Made by a program: the position numbers and the translations under genes. From the NCBI GenBank assembly GCA_944386735.1, contig CALXCH010000001.1:2218-66217 (forward strand): a stretch of 64,000 nt of DNA, written 5' to 3'. Positions 49,265 to 56,534 of this stretch are shown piece after piece (within the stretch, counting starts at the first letter, position 1; each line of letters begins with the position of its first letter). The notes under the pieces are model-generated. The model searched no databases. It was not told the DNA's origin and worked only from the letters and a program-made list of their open reading frames with translations. This stretch comes from an uncultured Clostridia bacterium (GTDB lineage Bacteria; Bacillota; Clostridia; TANB77; CAG-508).

Positions 49265-50143
49265 TTATAACCAATTTTTAATTACATCTTCAGAAACATT
49301 CATATTATTATAACCAATCCCAATTTTTCTATCAGGTTTTTTATCTCCGTGACAGTCAGTACCAGCGGACATAAACATATTATTTTGTTTGCAGTAATTT
49401 TCTAAAGTCTTTATTTGGGTAGAACTAAAACCAGAGTAATAAACTTCTACACCATCAATTATATTGTTATTTCTTAAATTATCTAAAAATTCAATGTAAT
49501 TATCTAATGGATACAAGTATAAATGTGCTATAAAAACTTTTCCACCATATTTTCTAATTTTATTTGAAACTTCTTTTGCAGATGGATATTGTTTAGAAAA
49601 ATTTCTATATAATATAAAATTAGGATTACAAGTAGATTTCCTAAAAATAATACCACTATTATTCCACTCTTCATCAGTAAAGAATTTTTTGTTTTCTTCA
49701 TATTTGGTAATATCATCATAAATAATTTTTACAGGAAATTTTTGTACTTCATTATATTGTAAATTAGGAGTTGTTTTTATATTATTTTTCTTACATAAGT
49801 CTAAAAATTCTTGAAATTCTTTTTTATATCCATTAATTTCATTGTTTTTTGTATATGTTTTATCTATCCAGTCTTGTAATTTAAAGGGGTCAAAACCATA
49901 TCCTAAAAGTTCGATTTTAACACTATCAAAAACACAATTAAATTCTCCTCCAGTTACAATTCTTCCAGAAAAGTATTTTTTTACATCAATATCTTTTAAC
50001 TTTATATGTGGAAGAGATGTGTCATGGTCTGTAATTGCTAAAGTTGTAACATTATTTTTTGCAGCATTAGATAGCAGTTCTTCGATTGTCCATGTACCAT
50101 CTGAAAATATTGTATGTGTATGTAAATCTACCATTTTTATCAC
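49265..50143 (-). CDS. PHP-domain phosphoesterase
   Basis: N-terminal DLHTHTIFSDG ... ITDHDT PHP motifs. 292 aa. Confidence 0.65.
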   Translation of the reverse strand: MIKMVDLHTHTIFSDGTWTIEELLSNAAKNNVTTLAITDHDTSLPHIKLKDIDVKKYFSGRIVTGGEFNCVFDSVKIELLGYGFDPFKLQDWIDKTYTKNNEINGYKKEFQEFLDLCKKNNIKTTPNLQYNEVQKFPVKIIYDDITKYEENKKFFTDEEWNNSGIIFRKSTCNPNFILYRNFSKQYPSAKEVSNKIRKYGGKVFIAHLYLYPLDNYIEFLDNLRNNNIIDGVEVYYSGFSSTQIKTLENYCKQNNMFMSAGTDCHGDKKPDRKIGIGYNNMNVSEDVIKNWL

Positions 50144-50296
50144 CTATTTTATTTTAAAAATTTTTTTAAGTATATATTTTTTTATTATTTTTGTCCATTG
50201 TATAAAAAAATTAAATAAAATTTTATACAAAAATAAATATTTTTAATTGTTGATTTTTTCTGTTAGTTAAGGTATAATAAGTCTTGTATTACTTAT

Positions 50297-50372
50297 GCCA
50301 AAATAGCTCAGTTGGTAGAGCAACGGATTCGTAACCCGGAGGTCAGCAGTTCGATTCTGCTTTTTGGCACCA
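50297..50372 (+). tRNA. tRNA, most likely Thr (anticodon CGU), 76 nt with encoded CCA
   Basis: GCCAAAATAGCTCAGTTGGTAGAGCAACGGATTCGTAACCCGGAGGTCAGCAGTTCGATTCTGCTTTTTGGCACCA. Acceptor, D and T arms are perfect. The anticodon stem has only 3 WC pairs. Has its own promoter and terminator. Confidence 0.65.
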
Positions 50373-50555
50373 ATACAAATTTTATCAAACTTTATTAATT
50401 GAAAATCAAATTATTATAAGAAAATAGGCAATTAGTTAGAAGTAACTAGTTGCTAATTTTTTGTGCTTTTTATTTAAGGATGAGAAGGACTGGAATTAAT
50501 AAAAATAACATGCTATACTAAAATAAATGATAAAAAATAAAAGAGGGTGAAAAAT

Positions 50556-51263
50556 ATGAAGGAATTAGACAAAATTTTTGAGTATTTAAATGATTGGATG
50601 AAATTACCAAAATATCAATTAGAAAGAAGAGTCGATATATTTTTTTCAATATATTTAGAAGAAATATTAAGTAAAAAATTAGAAATAGGAAAAGAACAGA
50701 TAAAAGAAATATTGCCAGAATTTCCACTAAGAAAAGAGAAAAAAACAGGAAAAGAAATATATGCTAGTAATAATGCAGATTATGCAGTATTTGTGGCAGA
50801 AAACGAAAAAATAAAAATGTATTTGGTAGAATTAAAAACGGAAATGGATTCTATAAGTGGTATTCAAAAAGAATACTATAAAACAGCTAAGGGAAAAAAG
50901 TTAAAAGAAATTTTAAAAGATATAATAGAAATAGAGAAAAAAAGTGATCAATGGAGAAAATATGATTATTTATTAGGGAAATTAGAAAGACTAGATTTAA
51001 TAAAGATTAATAAAGATAATGGAAAAAATTATAGAAAAGAATGGAAAGTAATAACAGATAATATTAGTAAAGATAAAATTGAAGTTATTTATATTACACC
51101 AATTAATCCAGAAAACTGTGAATATACAAATATTACATTTAAAGATGTGAGAGAATTTTTGAAAAATGGAGAAGGTGAATTTGTGAAAAATTTTATTAAT
51201 TTATTAGTAAATATAGAAAAATACAATGAAGAAGAAAAAAATAGAAGAAAAAGTAAATTGTAA
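50556..51263 (+). CDS. Hypothetical 235-aa protein with a PD-(D/E)xK-like nuclease core (ADYAVFVA ... LVELK)
   Basis: AGAGGG RBS 8 nt before ATG 50556. D-x18-ExK pattern within predicted beta strands. Forms an operon with the next gene (10-nt gap). Confidence 0.5.
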   Translation: MKELDKIFEYLNDWMKLPKYQLERRVDIFFSIYLEEILSKKLEIGKEQIKEILPEFPLRKEKKTGKEIYASNNADYAVFVAENEKIKMYLVELKTEMDSISGIQKEYYKTAKGKKLKEILKDIIEIEKKSDQWRKYDYLLGKLERLDLIKINKDNGKNYRKEWKVITDNISKDKIEVIYITPINPENCEYTNITFKDVREFLKNGEGEFVKNFINLLVNIEKYNEEEKNRRKSKL

Positions 51264-51273
51264 GGAGTAATTT

Positions 51274-52428
51274 ATGGAAATAACAATACATAGAGGGACA
51301 CACCAAATAGGAGGATGTGTTACTGAAATAGAATCTAGTAAAGGTACAAAAATAATAATAGATATTGGTGAAAACTTACCAACAGAAGATGGAAGAAAAT
51401 TACCAGAACTTAATGTAGAAGGATTAAAAGAAGGTAAAGAAGATATAGATGCTGTATTTGTAACACATTATCATGGAGACCATATAGGGCTATTTAATAA
51501 GATTTCACCTAAGATACCAATATATATTGGAGAAATTTCAAAACAAATATATATGATGGTAGCAAAGAAACTTGCAAGTGCTGGTATAATAGGAGAGGAA
51601 GATATAGAAAGAATTAACAAGTTTATAGGTTATAAAATTGGAGAAAAAATAAAAATAAATGATATAATAGTTACACCAATAGAAGTTGACCATTCAGCAT
51701 TTGATGCACATATGTTATTAATTGAATGTGACGGTAAAAAAGTATTACATACAGGAGATTTTAGAACACATGGACAAAGAGGGAAAGCAGTTATTCCAGC
51801 ATTAGAGATATATGTAGGAAAGGTAGATTGTTTAATATGTGAAGGAACTACGCTTTCAAGAGAAAAAGAAACTCAGATAACAACAGAATTTGAAATACAA
51901 AAAGAAGCTAAAGAAATTTTTGAGAAGAATATGTATTCTTTTGTAATATGCAGTAGTACTAATATTGATAGAATTGCAGCAATACATAAGGGAGCAATAG
52001 AAGCAGGAAGATTATTTGTATGTGATGAATATCAAAAAGAGATTTTAATGTATATAGATACTGTTTCAAGAAGTACATACTATAAATTTAAAGGAAAAGT
52101 ACTTAATTATGCAGAAAACATTAAAAATCTTATGAAAGAAAAAGGATTTGTTATGCTTGTTAGACCAAATTATATATCTAAAAAAGTTATGAGAGAATTT
52201 AAGGATAGTGTGTTTATTTATTCACAATGGAAAGGTTATTTAAGTGAAAAATATAAAAATGATTATGAGTATTTACAAAGTTTTGTACCAAGAGATTATA
52301 TATATTTACATACAAGTGGTCATGCAGATTTTGAAGCAATAAAAAAGATTTGTGAAGCAGTAAAACCCCAAATAATAATTCCAATACATGGAGAAAAACC
52401 AGAAGAATTTAATAATATGCGGACTTGA
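51274..52428 (+). CDS. Metallo-beta-lactamase-fold nuclease with a beta-CASP-like C-terminus (384 aa)
   Basis: MBL motifs D(IIDIGE), HYHGDH, TGDFR, and the beta-CASP motif C HTSGHA near the C-terminus. Confidence 0.65.
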   Translation: MEITIHRGTHQIGGCVTEIESSKGTKIIIDIGENLPTEDGRKLPELNVEGLKEGKEDIDAVFVTHYHGDHIGLFNKISPKIPIYIGEISKQIYMMVAKKLASAGIIGEEDIERINKFIGYKIGEKIKINDIIVTPIEVDHSAFDAHMLLIECDGKKVLHTGDFRTHGQRGKAVIPALEIYVGKVDCLICEGTTLSREKETQITTEFEIQKEAKEIFEKNMYSFVICSSTNIDRIAAIHKGAIEAGRLFVCDEYQKEILMYIDTVSRSTYYKFKGKVLNYAENIKNLMKEKGFVMLVRPNYISKKVMREFKDSVFIYSQWKGYLSEKYKNDYEYLQSFVPRDYIYLHTSGHADFEAIKKICEAVKPQIIIPIHGEKPEEFNNMRT

Positions 52429-52505
52429 AAATTGTAAGATATTATTAATTAAAGATGGTAAAAGTATTAAGTTGTAAATAATAGATAAAAAAAGGGGATA
52501 ATATC

Positions 52506-53108
52506 ATGAATAAAATTTTAGATTTTTTTAAAACAAAAAAAGTTGTAAAAATAATAGGAATAGTAATATGTATAATTGTTATAATATTAGCAATTTGGTT
52601 ATGGTCTATTTTTGGACCTACTTTTAAAGTTGTAAATATTTTAGGTAAAATTAACGGAACATCGTATAGTTTAGAGAAAAGTAAAGGTAGTGTGGCTTAT
52701 AATGGAAGATGTAGAGTGAATGTTTATCCGTCAGAGAATTTATATGAACCAGATCTTGTACAGGATCAAACCAATAAACAAGCGATATTTTTGTATGTTG
52801 GAAGTGCTACAAGTAATAAAAAAGGAGCTGTTTCTATAACCGTTGAGTCGATGGCTGAGTCAAGTAGTAGTATTGTAAGTAGTATGAATACAATAACAAG
52901 TACAAAAGAACCAACAATAAGTAGAGAATACAATACTTTAAATTATTTTGTGTACAATGGAAAAAATTATTTTTATAACTTAAATCCATATGGAATAATG
53001 TTTACAACGCCAATTGATAATAATTATTTGTATTGGGTAATGATTCAAGATTATAGTAATTTAACTAAAGAAGATATAGAGTCGATACTTTATTTTAAGG
53101 TTGTATAA
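52506..53108 (+). CDS. Hypothetical membrane-anchored extracytoplasmic protein (200 aa)
   Basis: N-terminal TM helix, Ser/Thr-rich middle. No family recognized. Confidence 0.4.
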   Translation: MNKILDFFKTKKVVKIIGIVICIIVIILAIWLWSIFGPTFKVVNILGKINGTSYSLEKSKGSVAYNGRCRVNVYPSENLYEPDLVQDQTNKQAIFLYVGSATSNKKGAVSITVESMAESSSSIVSSMNTITSTKEPTISREYNTLNYFVYNGKNYFYNLNPYGIMFTTPIDNNYLYWVMIQDYSNLTKEDIESILYFKVV

Positions 53109-53122
53109 TTGGAATGTTTAAA

Positions 53123-53151
53123 TTTACAAAAAAGCCAAGATATGCTATAAT
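53123..53151 (+). promoter_or_regulatory. Promoter TTTACA-17 nt-TATAAT for the 53231 gene
   Basis: Spacing and hexamers close to consensus. Confidence 0.5.
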
Positions 53152-53230
53152 AATAGTATGTAAGATGCATTAACTCCATTTTGCATCAAAGTATTAACGT
53201 CTATGTAAAAAGACTTTTTTAGGAGGAAAA

Positions 53231-53644
53231 ATGAAGAATGGTTACGACTACGCTGTCGAAATGATGAGGAAGTATCCTCATGATGAAGCGACAGACTTGG
53301 AAGAACGCTACTACGACTATGCAGGTGAAGTTTCAAGACTCCTTCGTGTTAAGAAGCTGACCGGAACGTATAGTGTAAACTCAGGTGCTAGGAAGACCTT
53401 CAGGCAAGAGTATGAGAAGCTCGTTGATAAGGCTATCTGCATGATTAATGGCTCAGCGGAGATTGTCTTCCAAGGTACTTATGGGCATGTTTTACCTAAC
53501 CCAGATGGTGCAATTCGCTTCACAGTTGATGTGAGCAATATCATCAAAAAGCTTCCTAAACTTCAAAAGGGTGAAAGCTATGTCTTTCCAACTCTTAAGG
53601 TAGACAAAAAGTGGGGACAGGTGAATTTCCAAGTAGGTAAGTGA
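53231..53644 (+). CDS. Small protein (137 aa), unknown family, high-GC (about 43%) copy of a duplicated gene
   Basis: AGGAGG RBS. C-terminal KKLPKLQKGESYVFPTLKV is shared with the paralog at 53909. The GC content is far above local background. Confidence 0.55.
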   Translation: MKNGYDYAVEMMRKYPHDEATDLEERYYDYAGEVSRLLRVKKLTGTYSVNSGARKTFRQEYEKLVDKAICMINGSAEIVFQGTYGHVLPNPDGAIRFTVDVSNIIKKLPKLQKGESYVFPTLKVDKKWGQVNFQVGK

Positions 53645-53691
53645 CAATAAACACAAAAGGCTGGTTCAGATAGGACTAGTCTTTTGTGTTA

Positions 53692-53758
53692 TTTTTCTAA
53701 TAAAGTAAGCAAAAAAGTATGCAGAATTGGAAAAGTATGGTATACCATTATATCAATG
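53692..53758 (+). repeat. 67-nt duplicated promoter-containing segment, copy 1 (TTTTTCTAATAAAGTAAGCAAAAAAGTATGCAGAATTGGAAAAGTATGGTATACCATTATATCAATG)
   Basis: About 85% identical to 54301-54368. Contains an extended -10 TGgTATACC. Confidence 0.7.
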
Positions 53759-53804
53759 TAGTCATAAAGCAAGAGGTCAACTTTATTGAAGTTGGCATTT
53801 TTGC

Positions 53805-53833
53805 TTGCAAAAAATGGGAGAAAAGTGTATAAT
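53805..53833 (+). promoter_or_regulatory. Strong promoter TTGCAA-17 nt-(TGt)TATAAT for the 53909 gene
   Basis: Near-consensus hexamers with an extended -10. Confidence 0.6.
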
Positions 53834-53908
53834 AATAATGTTTAAAGGTATAACTCCTTTTTACACTAAGATGTTGGCAACTTGTAAAAGACTTTTTAAG
53901 GAGGAAAA

Positions 53909-54259
53909 ATGAGTGGTTATGCAAATGATGTTGCAAATAGACTTTGGATTAGAAATGGAAGAAACAGAAAAGAAGTTCAAGCTAATGTATTAATTCAATT
54001 TAGAGATTGTTTAGATGATTTTATAGATGAAAATATGCATGAAATAAAAGTTAGGCCTGTTTGTGTTATTTTTCAGAATCCTAGAAAACCATATAAGAGG
54101 GAATTTAAAAGAAAAGGCGTGACTTATATTGAAAAAAGTTTGGATTCGGTAGTAAAAAAACTTCCTAAACTTAGTGAGGGAGAATACTACGACTTTCCTA
54201 GTCTTGAAATTATTTTGGAACGGAATGGAACGGGTTTTATCTATTTAAGATATGCATAA
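53909..54259 (+). CDS. Small protein (116 aa), native-GC paralog of the 53231 gene
   Basis: AAGGAGG RBS. C-terminal KKLPKLSEGEYYDFPSLEI. Terminator GCAGCTTAAGG...CCTTAAGTTGC downstream. Confidence 0.55.
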   Translation: MSGYANDVANRLWIRNGRNRKEVQANVLIQFRDCLDDFIDENMHEIKVRPVCVIFQNPRKPYKREFKRKGVTYIEKSLDSVVKKLPKLSEGEYYDFPSLEIILERNGTGFIYLRYA

Positions 54260-54300
54260 CACAAAAAAGCAGCTTAAGGGCGATATTGCCTTAAGTTGCT

Positions 54301-54368
54301 TTTTTCTAATAAAATAAGTAAAAAACAGTACACAGATTTGGAAAAGTATGGTATACTATTATACAATG
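54301..54368 (+). repeat. 67-nt duplicated promoter-containing segment, copy 2 (likely the promoter of the flavodiiron gene)
   Basis: Contains TGgTATACT about 30 nt upstream of the flavodiiron RBS. Confidence 0.7.
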
Positions 54369-54399
54369 AGGAAGAAAATGTAAAAGGAGGAAAATTGTT

Positions 54400-55569
54400 A
54401 TGGCAGATATGAATATATCAAAAGATATAACTTGGATAGGTGCAAGTGATAATGACCTAAAATTATTTGAAAGTCAATATGTATTAGAACATGGAATGAG
54501 CTATAATTCATATATAATAAAAGATGAGAAAAATGTAGTGTTAGATACAATAGATGAGCACGTGACTGATATTTGGCAAGAAAATTTGGAGAAAGCATTA
54601 GGAGGAGAAAAACCAGATTATTTAATAGTTTCACATATGGAACCAGACCATGCATATAATATAGGATTACTTGCTAAAAAATATCCAGACATGAAATTAG
54701 TAGGAAATCAAATGACATTTAATATGCTTTTAAATTTCTTTAGTGATATAGATTTAAGTAGTAGAAAAGTAATTGTAACAGAAGGAGATATACTAGATAT
54801 AGGAAAACATAAATTACAATTCTTTATGGCTCCTATGGTTCATTGGCCAGAGGTAATGGTAACATATGAGCAAACAGAAAAGGTATTATTTTCAGCAGAT
54901 GCATTTGGAAAATTTGGTTCATTAGATTATGATGAAGAATGGGACTGCGAAGCAAGGAGATATTATTTTGGAATAGTAGGAAAATATGGAACACAAGTAC
55001 AAGCATTATTAAAAAAGGCGGCTACATTAGATATAAAAATGATATGTCCATTACATGGACCAATATTAAAAGAAAATTTAGAATATTATATAAATAAATA
55101 TGATATCTGGAGTAAATATGAGCCAGAAGAAGAAGGTGTATTTATTGCAGCAGCAAGTATATATGGAAATACATTAAATGCAGCAAAAGAGATGGCTGAA
55201 ATTTTAAAAGAAAAAGGAGCTAAAAAAGTTGTTGTATCAGACTTAGCAAGAGAAGATTGGGCAGAGGCAATAGAAGATGCATTTAGATATTCTAAATTAA
55301 TAGTTGCATCATCTAGCTATAATATGGGAATATTCCCACCAATGGAACATTTCTTAAGACATTTAAAAGATAGAAATTATCAAAAAAGAACTGTTGGAAT
55401 AATAGAAAATGGTTCTTGGGCACCATCAGCAGGAAGAGGAATGAAAGCAATAATTTCTGAGATGAAAGATTTAAATATAGTAGAACCAATGGTAACTATA
55501 AAATCAAGAATGAATGCAGAAAATAAAAAACAAATGGAAAGTTTAGCAGATGAAATATTAAAAAACTAA
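54400..55569 (+). CDS. Flavodiiron protein (class A FprA-type: metallo-beta-lactamase-like + flavodoxin domains)
   Basis: SHMEPDHAYN di-iron motif and a C-terminal flavodoxin-like domain. 389 aa. Confidence 0.8.
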   Translation: MADMNISKDITWIGASDNDLKLFESQYVLEHGMSYNSYIIKDEKNVVLDTIDEHVTDIWQENLEKALGGEKPDYLIVSHMEPDHAYNIGLLAKKYPDMKLVGNQMTFNMLLNFFSDIDLSSRKVIVTEGDILDIGKHKLQFFMAPMVHWPEVMVTYEQTEKVLFSADAFGKFGSLDYDEEWDCEARRYYFGIVGKYGTQVQALLKKAATLDIKMICPLHGPILKENLEYYINKYDIWSKYEPEEEGVFIAAASIYGNTLNAAKEMAEILKEKGAKKVVVSDLAREDWAEAIEDAFRYSKLIVASSSYNMGIFPPMEHFLRHLKDRNYQKRTVGIIENGSWAPSAGRGMKAIISEMKDLNIVEPMVTIKSRMNAENKKQMESLADEILKN

Positions 55570-55591
55570 CTTTAGGAAGGAGAGCTTAAGA

Positions 55592-56497
55592 GTGGGATTT
55601 TTTGAGAAATTAAAAAGAGGAATGAACAAAACAAAAAGTTCATTTGATGAAAAAATAAGTAATGTATTTAAAAGCTTTAGAAAAGTAGATGAAGACTTTT
55701 TAGAGGAATTAGAAGAAATTTTAATAATGTCTGATATTGGAGTGGATACTTCAGTAAATATAATAAATAATTTAAGAGATAGGATAAAAAAAGAAAAAAT
55801 TCAAGATGAAGAAGATGTAAAAAAAGCATTAAGAGAAGAAATGCAAAAGATTTTAGATGTGGCAGATGTAAGCTTACATTTAAATACAAAACCATCTGTA
55901 ATTCTAGTTGTAGGAGTAAATGGCGTTGGTAAAACTACTTCAATTGGAAAAATTGCAAATAGATTAGCAAAAGATGGAAAGAAGGTAGTAGTTGCAGCAG
56001 CAGATACATTTAGAGCAGCAGCAGTAGAACAATTAGAGATATGGGCTAATAGAGCAGGGGCAGATATAGTAAAAAGAGAAGAAGGAGTAGACCCAGCATC
56101 TGTTGTATATGATGCAATTAGGATAACAAGAGAAAAGAATGCAGATGTATTAATAGTAGATACAGCAGGAAGATTACATAACAAAAAATATTTAATGGAT
56201 GAATTAAATAAAATTCAAAAAGTAATAAATAAAGAAATGCCTGACTCAGATAAAGAAGTATTATTAGTAATAGATGGAACAACAGGCCAAAATGCTATTT
56301 CACAAGTAAAAGCTTTTAAAGAAGAAGCGGATATAACAGGGTTAGTAATTACAAAATTAGATGGAACAGCAAAAGGTGGAGTTGCAATAGGGATAGTTTC
56401 AGAAAACAAAATTCCAATCAAATTTATCGGAGTTGGTGAACAAATAGATGACATGGAGGTATTTAATGCAGAAGATTTTGTAAAAGCTATAATCTAA
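55592..56497 (+). CDS. ftsY: Signal recognition particle receptor FtsY
   Basis: SRP GTPase motifs GVNGVGKTT and DTAGR. 301 aa. GTG start. Confidence 0.9.
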   Translation: MGFFEKLKRGMNKTKSSFDEKISNVFKSFRKVDEDFLEELEEILIMSDIGVDTSVNIINNLRDRIKKEKIQDEEDVKKALREEMQKILDVADVSLHLNTKPSVILVVGVNGVGKTTSIGKIANRLAKDGKKVVVAAADTFRAAAVEQLEIWANRAGADIVKREEGVDPASVVYDAIRITREKNADVLIVDTAGRLHNKKYLMDELNKIQKVINKEMPDSDKEVLLVIDGTTGQNAISQVKAFKEEADITGLVITKLDGTAKGGVAIGIVSENKIPIKFIGVGEQIDDMEVFNAEDFVKAII

Positions 56498-56534
56498 ATA
56501 AAGGGGCAATTTATTAACTAAAGGAGGTAAAAAA

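Noticed and set aside
49842-50246. 134-aa ORF on the plus strand
   Set aside because: Antisense to the PHP-domain gene and overlapping the tRNA promoter region. No RBS.
53745-53800. Putative 38-aa ORF starting in the 67-nt repeat (ATGCAGAATTGG...)
   Set aside because: No Shine-Dalgarno sequence, and it runs through the predicted promoter of the next gene. More likely non-coding.
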